The notes: generated by a model not told the origin, from the letters alone. 64,000 nt of DNA from the human T2T-CHM13v2.0 reference genome, Homo sapiens (GCF_009914755.1 NC_060936.1); one strand, 5' to 3'. Counted from the first letter of the stretch, positions 41,843 through 59,214 are shown. Numbers and translations are program-made.

Positions 41843-43179
41843 GCTGGGTACCAGATATTATTATTGCCAGGTAAATTTCATGCATTATTAGATACTCACA
41901 AAAACATTGTAAGTCATACTTTCCCTTTATTACAAATGAGAAAACTGAGGGTTAAGTACATGACCAAGATTACACAGCTAATAAGGGATGACATCAATTT
42001 TCAAACCCAAGTTTGTCTGGCTCCAAAGCCCTTGCTCTTTCCCTTCTGGGGCCTCTCAGTATAATATGAGTGTTGAGTGAATGAATGAATGAATGAATGA
42101 AATCCCCAACCAAAACCAACTGACGTTTTAATACCAGTTCTGTGTTAACACAGTGCCTGAGGATGGGCGAGTCACCTAATTACCATCTCTATGCTATCAT
42201 CGGTGAAACCAGGATAATATACCTAACCTACATACCTGAAAGATTTTTGTGAAGATCAAATGAAAATATGTATATGGAAGTGCTTTGAATAATCTAAAAT
42301 ACTCCACAGATCCAAAGGATATTACGTTTAAGCTTCTATAGAAGCTGTTCAAGGAGCCTAGCTATTTATGATAGCACAAAGTGAGTGTGTGGGAGGTGAG
42401 GGTGAAAGAATGGCAGACAGAGGCTGAAAGGAATGTTAAGAGGAACCGCGCATGGGGCAAAAGATGTTAGTTCCCTGAGCGATATAACTCCCTGAAGATG
42501 TCCCATAATGGCCTCGGGGTAGCAGCGACCTCCACTGACAGCTTACTAGTCATGTAGATGAATTCAATAATCACTCAGGCCAGGGCCAGTATTGGGAATC
42601 AGTGGAGCTCAGCATATCGAAATCATGCCATGAATTCAGAAACCAGGGTGCACCAGAAGGACCAGCAACAAAGCAGCAGGATTAGAGAGTTGACTGTTCA
42701 CTCATTTGGCTCTTTGCCTCCTTGAAGCTTGGGCTAAGTGATCCCGAGATCCATAGCAAACAGAAGGCCACAGGAGCTTATCTTCATGCTGGTAACTGGT
42801 ACAGGGTAACTATAGCAGGAAACAGTCTACACTTTGCTCAGAGCAGGCTCAGAGCAGGCTCAAAGGGAAGATACATCTGGGTGAGAAGCCAGGCCAACCC
42901 TGTCCTTAGAAAACTGAGTCCTGGGGCAACCACAACTGGAAGAATAAAATGTGACTTAATCAATAATTAAGTCAAAAATATTCCAAGCACCATCCCTTAA
43001 TGCAGTCAGGACATTATTTGGAGTGATTCAATTAAGGAGACTATGACTGGAATATGACAGGCAGTGAGTGAAGTTAAGATTAAGATGCCAGAACTATGTA
43101 TCAGGTCCAGTTTTCCAAGCTACCAATAAAGACAGAAAGTTAAGAGACATAGGCTTAAAATATGTCACATTAGAGAGTG

Positions 43180-45360
<2,181 letters not shown>

Positions 45361-45486
45361 CCAAAGAACTATTAAACACAATGTCCTTATCTGAACCTAT
45401 AATGAAACTGTGCTATGAACTAAGAAGTATGGTTGACTCAATTCTGCAGAACAGATCCAAAATAATTTTTAATTAATACATTTTTA

Positions 45487-45872
45487 AGAATTGTAAGTTC
45501 CAAGTCAATTAAAGTTTTAAGTTATACCTTCTAAATTTAAATCTAGAGAAGCAGGGCAAATGTTGAACCAAAGAAGTGATCTTGACTCAGAATGCTTAGC
45601 TTAGGCAATACATGCATTCATCAACCATCTGAGGTAGGAAATGTGAGTATCACAGATGACAAACATCTACTTTTCAATATCACTATTAAGTAGAAGACCA
45701 ATATCTATTTTTGTCAAATGGCATCTATATATTCAGGGCATTTAAAAATCCAATTTCAATCCTCTAAATGCACTTAGTGTCTGCTAAACTACTAAATATC
45801 ATCCAAGTCTGTAGAAATAACACATAAAAGGCACCAATCTTTGATTTGAATTGACTTGGAACCTACACTTCT
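45487..45872. mobile_element. Probable MITE/DNA-transposon relic with 24-bp terminal inverted repeats; family not recognised
   Basis: agaattgtaagttccaagtcaatt (45487-45510) vs aattgacttggaacctacacttct (45849-45872): 22/24 complementary. Confidence 0.55.
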
Positions 45873-47296
45873 GTGTTCTGTTATTTTCCTCCCTCTCACA
45901 CTATTACCATCATCCGTTACTCTTTTCAAGCTTTTGAGCTCCCTTGCCCTGCTCTTTCTTCAGAAAGGAGCAAGGTAAGAAATCCTGAGAGTCTGGGGCA
46001 TGGAGGCAGGGGCTGAGACTGTGCCCCTGTGAAACCAGTGGAGAAAGAAATATCTCCCTGGACATGCTAGATACATGCCCAATTCATTTGTCATTGAGTG
46101 ACCCACATGACAATAAACAGGGATCCTTGGTCCTGGAGTTGGGGAATTTACTCACCTAAATATAGTCCTGCAGAGAATTAACCCCAAATGGATTTCAACA
46201 TATTACAGCCACATAAATAATGGAAACAGAAAATCAAAACCTTCATTAAAGCTGTTTCTTGGAAAATATTTGATCAGAGAAGAGCAGGATAGATGGGAGA
46301 GAGGGAAAAGACATAGGCTTTGATTATCCAAATCTCTGAGCCAGCAGATGAACCAACAAGTCCTCTTACATAATGCAGGTAAGGACGCCCATCCTAAGCC
46401 CCCCAGCTCCTGTAGACCCTTAGAAGAAGATGGCCCCATCACTGCCAAAAGCAAAGGTGATACTGGATCTCTTGGCAGCAATATTTCTGCTACATCTTTC
46501 CTGGAACCTCTCCCGAGTAAGAGCCTTCTCATTCTTCGTTCAACCAGACCTGTCACCTGGGCTCCTTCTTGTCCTTACAGCACTTCCAGTGGCTCAAGCC
46601 AGGTTTTTCTATCTGAGCTGTTCTTTCCTGCTGTATGCACAAAGCAGAAGTATCACTTCTACTGTCACCCATATTCTTGATACAAGGTTTGTACAGATAA
46701 CTAATAAAGGATTATAAATCACTTTACATGTGTGCATTTTAATAGAAATTTGTAATACAAACGTAGATGATTATCAGTACTCTCACCAGCAGCAAACACT
46801 CACGGGTTTTTCTTTTTTCCTTAATATGTTGCAAGAGCAGACATCAAAATTGCTCAAAGTTCCTCTCCTAATATCTGCACGCAGTTCTTAATTATAATTA
46901 ATTTATAGGCCTCCAAGGACAGTGTGGGCACTGCTGAAATCCAAACCTTTTGAAACCTGATTCTGATTATTACCATTTGGCAGCAGATTAGGGCAATTGT
47001 GTGTATTGGTTTAACAGCAAAATAGCATTTTCAAGTGTTAATAAAAATTATTGGCTTGTCACTATCTATTAAGAGGGGGACGGGCAGTGAAAATGAGCAG
47101 ATGATAAAAGGAGAAGCACAGGAGCAGGGCAGCAGGAAAATCTCAACTGGGAAGGAGTCAAAGGAAGATACTGGAAGGACTACAGAGAGCAGGGAATAGG
47201 GGACAGACCACCAAACCTATAGGCATCTACCCAGAAAACAGTGGTGTTCTGAGCTACAGATGAACAGCCTGCACTAGAGGAGATTTAAAAGTAGGA

Positions 47297-47577
47297 GTTA
47301 TATAGGTAAACGTCTGCCATAGTAGTTTCCTGCAGAGATCAACCCATCACCTTGGTATTAAGCCCAGCATCCATTAGCTATTCTTCCTGATGCTCTCTCT
47401 CCCCCACTCCCTCCCCACCCCACAGGCCCCAGTGTGTATTTTTCCCCCATTCATGTATCCACGTGTTCTCATCGTTCAGCTCCCATTTATAAGTTTACCT
47501 ATGTAACAAACCTGCACATCCTGCATATGTACCCCAGAACTTAAAATAAAAGTTGAAGAAAAAAAATAAAATAAAAT
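47297..47577 (+). mobile_element. 5'-inverted (twin-primed) truncated L1PA 3' end
   Basis: Antisense L1 3'UTR at 47297-47493 joined to sense terminus gtttacctatgtaacaaacctgcacatcctgcatatgtaccccagaacttaaaataaaag plus A-tail. Confidence 0.88.
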
Positions 47578-48006
<429 letters not shown>

Positions 48007-50114
48007 TCATGTTGTTTTGTAATGGAGAGAGCAAAGCTTTAGAGTTAATGGACTCACTTTTAACATTTAGTCTTAATTTGCTGTGCGATCTTTACCTCTC
48101 TAACTGCAAGTCCTTTATCTGCAAAATGTGAGATAACTACTGCCTTCACAGAATCACTGTGAAGATCGATTCATTTGATAAATGTTTGTTGAACATTTTC
48201 CATGGGCCAGGGAACCTGCTAGGAGACAGGATCCAACACAGAATGGGAATGGGATCCTATCTCCAAGCAGCCATTAGACTAGTGGCCAAGACAAATAAAC
48301 AGGAAATTACAGTATCATGTGAGAGGGCTGTGACAGAGCATGCCCAGTGCTACCTAAGAGATCAGGAGAGTAATGAGCTAAGGACGAACAGATAAGTAGG
48401 AAATAGTAGTGAAAACGGCAGATTGAAATTACAAAAGTAATAAAATATCATTTAGAAGATCCTTATAATCTTTTGAAGAAAGCAAGGCCCTAAAGTCAAA
48501 AAGAGCTAGAATTGAAACCTGGCTTTGACACTTATCTTGGGCGGGGGAAGGAAGAGAGTAACTTAAATTACCTAGACCTCATTTTCTTCTTTATAAAATG
48601 GGAATTATTATCCTCACCTTACAGAGTTGTTGTGAATATTAAACAATTTACTTGAAAGCATCTAGCACAATGCAGTTACCTGATATTTATTCATTGAATG
48701 TGAATATATTCTGTTCAGAGGCAGACAAGGAGCTTCTGTTGACTCCAATTACTTAGAAAGGAGTCAAAGAACTTCTGCCCTCCCACCTCCTTCCCTGGCT
48801 TTAGCACAATTTCTACTGACCTTAGAAATAGGTTGTTTTAAAAAGTCTGTAAGTGACAATCTCATGGGTAATGTAAACAATACTTAAATTCTAATCCCAG
48901 GGAGAGCCAGCACCTACTTCCTCACTCCCTCCCTCCTACCAGCCACCAAATAGCCACCAAATTTTATACAACTATCATATTACTGACATCAGAATAGTCA
49001 CACGTCAGATTTGGAATCAATATCTTCAATCACAAAGAGTACTGGAAAGGAGTATAGAAGTACAGGAAAGGCAGAAGTCACACTCACTGCTTTTGCTAGT
49101 AACAAGGCTTTTCTTGCAAACCCTAATGAAATGAGGCAGGGACTATGTCTTATTTATCTATCTCCAGTACTTGGCAAAGCATGTGGCATAATGGTAGGTG
49201 CACAATGAACATTTGTTAATGACATTAATGAATGAACCAGACCAATAATGAGTTGCAACTCTCTAACTCCACTGATCAGAAACAAAGGCACTGTTCTAGG
49301 TCTTTCATTTCTCAAGGGTTATTATAACAGAAGGGCAATACAATAAACGCCAATATCATTTCCAACTTCTTGATATATAGGGATCATTTCTAGGTCAATG
49401 TTGTTAGTTGGTAATTGCCTATGTATCTGGATGTATATTTGTATGTGTAAATCAATGTTTATATGAGAGTTGCATGTGTGTGAGCTCAAATTAGCCCTCT
49501 TTCCCTTGGTCTCTGAGCTATAGGATGGTTCTGCTGATGGAACATGGCACCCAAGTATGACTCAGACTTCACCTCAGAGCCAAGGTTTAAAACAAGCTTT
49601 TGAGACTATACCTCAAAGAGAGCCCTGTAGCTAGGCCAGTGTCAATAGGGAACAAAAGCTGCATTATTTCAGCTTCCTGGTTATCAGGCCAACTATAGGT
49701 GCAATCACACATTTCCTAATATAAATTTCCATCATTATTCCTACCAGTGTACATAGTTAGCCACACAACTAAGCATAACCGAATTGTGAACTTGTTAAAA
49801 TCCCTCTAACATTACCTGTGTAACTGAGCACCTATTCGAAGCATTTATTATAAGTTGAAGCTTTACTCTTTAGTTGTTCTTGCCTTCCTCCTCTCTCTCC
49901 TTTCTCCCAAATTATAGGATGGGTAGAATAATGGGGTAGGAGGCACACAGACTGAGGAAATTGTTAGGCCTTGTTACAGTTCTACCACTGACAAGCCTGT
50001 GGCTCTATTTCCTGATCTCTGAAATAAGAGAAATGAACTGGTTCTTGAAGTCTCTTCCAGCTTTAAAATTCTGTGAATTCTGGTCTTCCACTCACCACTT
50101 AAGATCTACTCTCA

Positions 50115-50902
<788 letters not shown>

Positions 50903-51436
50903 AGATTCCTCCTGAGTTCCACAATAATACCTATGAGGCTTTCTTTGATTCAAAGTGGCGAAAGCAAGACCTGAATTCTGCCACCACCACTCCACCACTG
51001 AGTCGAGTATGGCCTCTCCTGATGCTACTCCCTGCTTATCCTCAGGCCCTGCTGAGCAGCATCGTAAGCAGCAATGGTCTCCAGGTGCCTGGTCCTCAGC
51101 AAAGAACAGATAAACAGCTGAAGACTATTTCAAGAGAACAACCGTCGGGAGCCAGCATTTTGAGAATGAGAAATGTAAAAGCACTGGGAGTCAGAAAAAT
51201 ATAGCAAGCAATTATTAGAATGACTACAAAATAAAATTCAGAGAAAGGCAGTGCATTTTCACTCAGGGAAAATGTGGTCATTAAATGGGACTTTGCTGAA
51301 GAAACAAATTGGTTAATGAAGCCCTAACTTTTTATTCTTCTCTTTGATTTGGTCGGAATCTGATTCATGAAAAAATTGAGTTTTAGAATCAATTTTTACT
51401 GACTATACAAATTAGAAACCAAAGTATAAGGAAATA

Positions 51437-51751
51437 CAATCATGCGTGGCTTAATGACAGAGCTATGTCCTAAGAAATGCATCATTAGGCGACTTCATCA
51501 TGGTGCAAACACTATGGAGTGTATTTACACAAAGCTCGATGGTACAGCTATTGCACACCTAGGCCATATGGGATAGCCTATTACTCCTAGGCTACAAATC
51601 TGTACAGCATGTTACTGTACTGGATACTGTAGGCAGTTGTAACACAGTGGTAAGGATTTTTGCATCTAAATACATCTAACATAGAAGATGTGCAGTAACG
51701 ATACAGTATTATGATCTTACAGAACCACTGTCATTATAGGGCACATGACCG
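51437..51751 (+). mobile_element. Tigger3a-like (Golem) DNA transposon
   Basis: Ends caatcatgcgtggcttaatgac...gtcattatagggcacatgaccg, flanked by TA. Confidence 0.85.
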
Positions 51752-53326
51752 TATAACAACACAAGAAAATAAAAAGGTGATATTGCAAAGAAATATATAA
51801 CGTTAACTTTGTGGTTTTTCTTAATATGCAGAAAAGAAATTAGAATTAGTAAAAAAAAAAAAAAATGAGAACTGTTTGTGAATCTTTTCCTGTAACAGTA
51901 ATAATATAGTTGCAATTTGGTCACCCTTCACATTTCATAGTGTTTTTGAAAGCAAGTAGCTGCTCTCTCTGAATCCAGCCTCTTGACCCTGCTAGAATAG
52001 CACATATATCAGGCCTGAGTGACCATGTCCACCATCGCCATAGGAATGGCAAGGGGGACAGGCCGGTACAGTCAGTGCCTCCTTGTCCATGCCCCACTGA
52101 GGCCAAATGGAGCTCCTCCCTGACATGCCGGACACAGCTGCAGGCCAGGCCAGAATCCATGGGCAGAATTCTCCAAAATCAGATAAAGGGAGTACAATCA
52201 GGATGTCTGCAACTCTCCCACCTTAAATTAAATGTTGAAAGCTGAAAACTTGACTTACGACTTCACACACCAGCTTCTATCCCTCTGTCCTCAAAAGTCC
52301 AATGAACCAACATGTCCTTATTGTGTGTCCATCTGTGAGTCACTGTAAAGTGTGATAAGGAGTCAGAATTCAGCCACAAGGACCTGACACCCCTGCACAG
52401 AAAAGCACACACACTCCCCAACACAGGACTGTCAGGGCCGCAGAGAGGGCTAAGGCAGTATAAAGACAAGGGCACAGGGACTGCCCTGGCCTTGGGTCCT
52501 GGAGATGCCTTTATTAGGAAGCAGCTTTTGAGCTGGACTAAAGAGCACCGAGGGTATCTGAGGAAAGGAGCCAAAATACAAAAATGAGGCTGCCTTAAGT
52601 CAGAAAACAAGTGAGGCACAAAACATATTGGGGAATGAGAACAGCGTGGCCTGGCCAGGAGCAAGAGCCCACGGAAGGAATGTTTGGAGAAAAGCTGAAA
52701 AGGCAAGCCAAGGAATTGGGGATGCTCAGCTGGCGCTCGGACTTAACGCTAGAGATGCAACCAAAAACAATGGAAGATCGGGAGGAAGAGGAACAGATCT
52801 CCCATCGCTAAATCCATTTTATCCTCAGCTTCCTAGGTGACTGAAACCGCAGCTGCCTCTGAGAGCTGTTTAGGAAATCAGCTAGGCTGGCTTATTACAG
52901 CATGGAAATTCCTTCCCTGCCTCCCAAAAACAGCAAATAAGCTGTCACTGTTGAGAAGTGAAGACCCCAGTTTATAATGATTAAGAAACTGAAGTGCTTA
53001 AAAATAACATTCAATGAAGCGTTTTCAATTGAAATAATATTCATGGAAACAGTTTTCTTCTCTACACGAAAACTTCCCTCTGCTCACATGAACCTAAGTA
53101 CAATGACCCTGGGCTACTGCCTGCAACTGCCCTGTGTACAGACGCCTCTCTTCACTCATCTCTAGCCCAAGTCTTCCTTCAGCTCTTGCCTTCCTGTTTA
53201 CTGTGTTCACTCTCATGCTGTGCAAAGGTTGTTCCACAGCCTATTTGAGACCTCGCATCTGGAGGCAGCTTTGTTTCAGTTTTCAAATTCTCTTGCCTTG
53301 CTTTGGCTGACAAAGGGGTATAAGGT

Positions 53327-53394
53327 TGTGTGTGTGTGTGTGTGTGCGCGTGCGCGCACGCATGTGCGCAGGTGTGCATGCACATGTGCACACG
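53327..53394. repeat. (TG)n/(CG)-rich alternating purine-pyrimidine tract
   Basis: 44-bp uninterrupted alternation at 53327-53370. Confidence 0.95.
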
Positions 53395-54809
53395 AGAGTA
53401 TGTATAAAAAAGATAACTTTATTTCTATTCATTTTGCCTCTCCTACTCCATCCTCTTTGTTCTATTCCTCACCTTGTGTCTTAAATCTGTCTTCTCTATT
53501 CTTAAAATATGTTCATGAACAACTCCACTTGCCGCTTTTTTTCTGCTGTTCTAATTTTCCCTGGTTGTCCTTTACAAGATTTGTCACCTGTTTCTTCCCC
53601 CATTGCACCATCCACCTCAACACTTAATCTCTCCACATTTCCGTGGCCCACTAGCACCTGGCGGTCTCCTTCGGCACCTCTTCCTCTACTCTCTTCCCTT
53701 GCCTGGGCCATTCTCTCTTGTTCTTCATCCTGTCTCTTCAGCGGGTTTCATTTCTAGACCAGGATATAACCATGACCCACCAATCCCCTGTCCCCCAACT
53801 GAGTCAGTGACTCAAAAGTTACTCTTCCTTAACTAGAAGAAAGGCCTGGTTTCACACTTTTATCCATCTGCCTAGTTGCCTGGCCTCACTGCAAGGTTGA
53901 CCCATCTAAAACATTTTCACAAGCTCTTCGCATGCCCTTGTCATTTTCGTTTGTCTAATATATATTCAGGCCTAAGTCAAACCCTGCTATTTTCTCTACT
54001 TTAGCACCGAATTCTTTCTTCATCACCCGATGCAATATCCTAATATTTTCCAACAACCATCTTTTCTCTGGCTTCTCCTCTCATTCTACATCAAAATATC
54101 TCCATTAGAATCATTTTCTCCTGCTTGCCATACTACACTTTCCTTCCTCTAAAACCTGACATCTTCTCTCCTATTCTCCTCTTCCCTCAAGAATCTACAT
54201 AGAGAGATAGTGATGTGGCTTGACAGGAACATACCTGATTCAGTCTGAGCTCTGCAGAGTTTAATGAGGGAATCACTAAGCCTTTACCTCTGCACCTCAT
54301 TAATCATCTACACCTTAAAATTTACTCATTCTTCTATCATCCTGTGCATATATTCATTCCTACACCAACTCTCTAAACTGCCATCTGTCACCTCACCGCA
54401 GAGTCAATGTGAGTCTTTCTTACACAAATCTCCCGGAGATAGATGAAGAAATAACGCAGAGATAAACTAGTGACATAAGATACAAACATAGTATATGTCT
54501 CATTTGCCAAGAGGAAGGGACACAGTTCCTGACCTAGAATGCTCTTGAAGGGTAGGAGATTCTGAGTTTATCAGGAGAGCTTTCCCAAGAGATCTGTCCT
54601 TTGGACAAAATGGAACTCTGGCAGAGGACTAGTGAAGTGCTCGGAAGCTCTCTGGAATTTGTCTGGATAAACGGAAGGCACCAAAGCAGGAATTCCCCGT
54701 CAATCAAGAGGAGGAAAGAGAAGCCAAGTAAGCCATAACAAACAAATAAAAATTTTTTTTTCAAAATTGGCAAATATGATCTATTTTTTAAAGAGGCATT
54801 GAGAAATAG

Positions 54810-55010
54810 TGGAAAATCCCTGGATTCGAGAAAGATTTACTATGTGACCTTAAGCACATCATTTAGCCTCTCTGAACCTCAGAGAGGCTCATCTCTAAAA
54901 TATAAGCAACAATGCCTCTTTCACAGCGTTGTGAGACTTACGTGAGAAAATGGGTATGAAAGCAGTTTAAAAGTTGAAAGATACTATGCAAATGTGGAAG
55001 CTTGTTATTA
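54810..55010 (+). mobile_element. MIR
   Basis: tgtgaccttaagcacatcatttagcctctctgaacctcag...tcatctctaaaat. Confidence 0.75.
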
Positions 55011-55079
55011 CTAAATGGGCCTGACAAAGACATTATTCATTTATGTATACATCAGTATGTAAATTTTAATTTATGAAAA

Positions 55080-57140
55080 TCTTTTAAGATCCAGTTTACT
55101 GAGGTACAATTTGCATACATTAAAATTCACGCTTTTAAGTTTACAGTTCTATAGGTTTTTGACAAATATATACAGTATATAACCACCACCATAACCAAGA
55201 TATAAAATATTTCCATCACCCCAAATATTTCCGTGTTCCTTTATAATCAATCCCTTAGCCCTCTCCTGTGTGTGACAATCACTGATGTGATTTCTATAAT
55301 TTGCTTCTCCCAGACATCCTGTAAATGGAATAATACTGCATGCAGCCTTTTGTGTCTGACTTTCTTCACCTGACATAATAGCTTTGGAAATTCCTCAATA
55401 TTGTTGTGTGTATCAGAACTTCATCCTTTTTATTGCTGAGTAATATTCCTTTGTATAGATTTATCACAATATGTTTATTGATTCACTGTTGATGGACATT
55501 AAGGGGTGTTACCACTTTTGGTGATCATGAATAAAGCTGCTATAATGTTCACATATGGTCTGTAGTGTGGATATATGTTTTTGCTTTTCTTAAGTAGGTA
55601 CCTGACAGTGGGATTGCTAAATTATTGGTTAGAGTACTTTAACATTTATATTTAATTGCCAAACTTTTCCAAAGTGACTATCCCATTTTGCATTCCCACC
55701 AGCAGTTTCTCCACATTCTTACCATTCCTACCAACCTATTCTTTCCAAAGTCTTGTGAATGTTCTTTTTTTCCTTCCTTCTTACCTGCCTTTGGTCCTTC
55801 TTTCTTTTTGTTAAATTTCATTCATTTTACTTGGTGTTCAGTGGTAGCTCATTGTAGTTTTGAGTTGAATCTCCTGCCAACTAATGATGTGAAAATTTTT
55901 TTCAATGTTTATTTACCATCTTATCTCTTCTTTAGTAGTGCTTGTTCACATCTTCTGTCCACTTTGCAATTGAGTTTTCTTGCTATTGAGTTGTGAGAGT
56001 TCTACACATATTCTAGATATGTCCTTTATATAAAATATGTATTTTATAAATATTTTCTCCCATTTTGTGGCTGATCATTTTCTTAACAGTGCCTTTCAAA
56101 AAAAGAAGTTTTTGTTTTTATGAAGTCCAGTGTAATTAATTTTTTCTTTTATGGCTCATACATTTTGTATATCTAGAAAGTCTTTGCCTAAACAAAGGAT
56201 ATAAAGATTTTCTCCTGTTTTCCTCTAAAAGATTTTTAATTTCAAGAGTTGTATAATTATAGTTCTATGATACATTTTCAGTTTATTAATCACTTTACAT
56301 GGCACAAGCTATGAGTCGAGGTTCATTTAGGGCTGTATGTATGTTTTGCATATGGATGTACAATTGTTTCAGCATCATTTTCTGGAAAGACTGCCCTTCC
56401 TCCACCACCTTGACACATTTGTCAAAAATCTACTTGTGGACTCTTTTATGCTATTACCACACTGTCTTGACTACTGTGCTTTTGAGTCTTACAGACAGGC
56501 AGTGTATGTCCTGCAACTTTTTAATTCCAGAATTGTTTTGCCTTTTTGGTTTTGCCATGTAAATTTTAGAATCAGCTGTTAATTCCTACAAAAAAAAATC
56601 CTACTGGGAGTTTGACTGTGTTTTTGTTGAATCTACAAAAATTTAAGAAACGTAGACACCTTAACAATATTGAGTCAGATATTTTATAAAATTTATACCT
56701 AAGAATATCATGTTTTTGATGTTACTACAAATTTCTTAAATTTCAATTTCTAATTGTTCATTGATAATATATATACAATTAATTTTTGTATGACCTTGTA
56801 TCCTGTGACCTTACTAAACATTTATTTTAGTAGTTTTTGTGTGTGTGTATTTTTTGCTGCTTTCTACATAGACAGTCATGTTGCCTGGGAGTAATGATAA
56901 TTTTTTTTCTCCTTCCTCTTCTTTTTCTAGTCCAATAACACTGGCTAGGACCTCCAATAAAAATTTTTATAGAACTAGTAACAGAGAACATCCTTATCTT
57001 CTTCCTTATCTTAGGGGTAGCATATTCAGTTTTTCAGCATTAAATAGGATATTACCTGTAGGGTTTTCATACCTTTGTCAAGCTGAGGAAGTTCCTTTCC
57101 GTTTCCAGTTTGATGAAATTTTTTAAATCATGAATATGTG
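55080..57140 (-). mobile_element. Old L1 (L1MC/MD/ME-type) 3' portion, ~2 kb
   Basis: Antisense L1 3'UTR and ORF2-end motifs: tttactgaggtacaattt, ataaagctgctata, cattcccaccagcag, ttgtatcctgtgaccttactaaac. Confidence 0.9.
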
Positions 57141-58180
57141 TGTGTATATATATACATATTTTTGTCTTTTTCCTTTACAAGAAATATTTCTTTCCACTCT
57201 TGCTTCAAGATTCATTCTATGAACTTGGCTGCTCAAAAAGTAGAGACTTAAGAAGGGAGTTGTGCACTTAAATTAGCACATGTACTGGTTATTTTGGTTA
57301 GAGTTTGAGAGATTGAGTGAAGGATCACAGAAAGTAAGAAACCTCCCAAAGAGGTTATAGCTATTCGTGTAGAAGATAATCAGGCCATAAAAAAATGCTA
57401 CAGACAAGATAATAGATTTGAAACTGATGAGGGGTAAAACACAGTAAGATGTGAAAAAAGTTGGAGAGGAAAATTGTGCAAAAGTGTTCCCTACACCAAA
57501 ATTTGGGAGAAGTTAGTGGTGGGAAACAATGTAGAAAATAAGTTCTGTGTATTTTATATCAATTTCCAGATTTTAGCAGTAGTACATAAAAATGCAGAAG
57601 TTCCTATAGACAATGAAAGACAAATATTAAACCACAAAAAAGAGCAGTTAGGGTGAAAAATCTGACTTAAGTGTCAACTAAATGAAGACATTACAAGAAT
57701 GAAATCTATCTCTAAATTGAGAGTGCAAGTATACATTCCTAAGAGATCTTCCTCACTAGCCGGGTGTGGTTAGAAGCCCTCTAAGAGGAACCTTTTCTCC
57801 CCGTTAATGTGAAAGATTTCACTCTTTCATCTTTCATGTCCACTTCATCCTCCATATAAATGTTCTTCCCCTGTGTTCTTCCCTCACTGCCCCTGCCTAT
57901 AATCCAAATCCTGGTCCCTCTGTCACTCAACCCAGTGCTACCAGCAATCAGGTCTGAGAAGCACTGGTAACAAGATCTACAGGAGCGCTTAACAAGGCTT
58001 TTATGTATTGGTTTAGGAATCTACCAAGCTTCCTAAAAGAAGTAGTATTCTGAAGTTTTAAATAGGAGTCTCATAAACTGACTTTCAGAATACAACTTGT
58101 TCATTAGACAAAGTATTCATGCACAGAAGGAAATAAAGGTGGTAACGGTATATAGCTTAGTTGAGAGCACATATCTAATG

Positions 58181-58360
58181 CAGTGTTTCTCAAAATAAAA
58201 TCTGCAAGCAACCTGCATCAGAAACACCTGAGCACTTGGCAAAATTGGCCAATATTTAGGCCTGATCCCAGGCCAGGTGATGTGGAACACCTGGAGATAA
58301 ATTTGGAAATCTACATTTTCCACAAGCGCCCCAGATGACACTGTTGTGCACTAAAGAGAA
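58181..58360. mobile_element. MER5-like element
   Basis: cagtgtttctcaaa...acctgcatcagaaacacctg...ggaaatctacattttccacaagcgccccagatga. Confidence 0.75.
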
Positions 58361-58679
58361 GCCCTGATTAGAAGAGTGCAAAAAAGCCAATTGTCCCCCA
58401 ACCCAATGCACCAAGTACACACAAGTCTCAGAGCAGTGTTTTTCCAAATATGCTCATAACTAGCATTTTTTAAGGGAATGAAATAGACCAGATCAGTTCA
58501 CACCGTGTTGTAAAGGCAAAGATTATTTTCAGTTTAATATTTACCGGTGTATGTACTGGTTTGATGTTCAATGTATTTCTTAATTGGAAATGTTTTAAAA
58601 GCCATGGTTCATATAGTTCATACAGAAATTGCCTCCGAAGAAGCATCCTATACATCATCTGCTCCCACAGTTCCATATC

Positions 58680-59120
58680 ACCCCACATGCTCTGGCTTTG
58701 AGCTAGGGCTGGGTGCTTGACCAAGCTCAACCAATTAGGAAAACTGGAACATAAATGCCTAGAAGCTAAATAAGTTAGCTGTGGGCAATGGACTTTTGAG
58801 GCCGACTAAACTGCTGGGTTGAGACTATCATTTGGGGTGATGGATTTTGAACAGAGGAGTATTGATGAACAAGCAGGAAGGGCCAGGTGGCAAAGAGAAA
58901 CAGAAACGGCACCATCTGAGAAGCAAAGAATGAGAAGCAGAACCGAGTTCCCGCAGCCAGCAGGGAAAGGAGACAAGGAGAGCAGCTGCCTGGTTCCTGC
59001 AGCCTGCCCAATACTCACCCACCACCCTCCCCAGTTCCTCTTGAGGGCCATACTCCTTCCTCTATAATAAACCTCCTAATGCAAGCCAGCTCCGGGGGTA
59101 TCAGTGTTTCTTAACCACAT
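58680..59120 (+). mobile_element. ERVL solo LTR (LTR16-like)
   Basis: tgaccaagctcaaccaatt...gagaagcaga...cctggttcc...aataaacctcct...aagccagctc. Confidence 0.6.
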
Positions 59121-59214
59121 GTTTAGAGTATGATGCTTCTACAATAGAGGTTCACAGAATAAACCCTCACCCATAAACACTTATACAGTACTCATGTCAC
59201 ATGCACACTCCAAG

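Noticed and set aside
42400-42760. Unique-looking stretch with a few CpGs, possible pseudogene or exon
   Set aside because: No recognisable reading frame, poly(A)/TSD or splice pair; cannot be supported without alignment.
42836-42862. 11-bp tandem repeat gctcagagcag (similar short duplications near 48941 and 59272)
   Set aside because: Ordinary slippage duplications.
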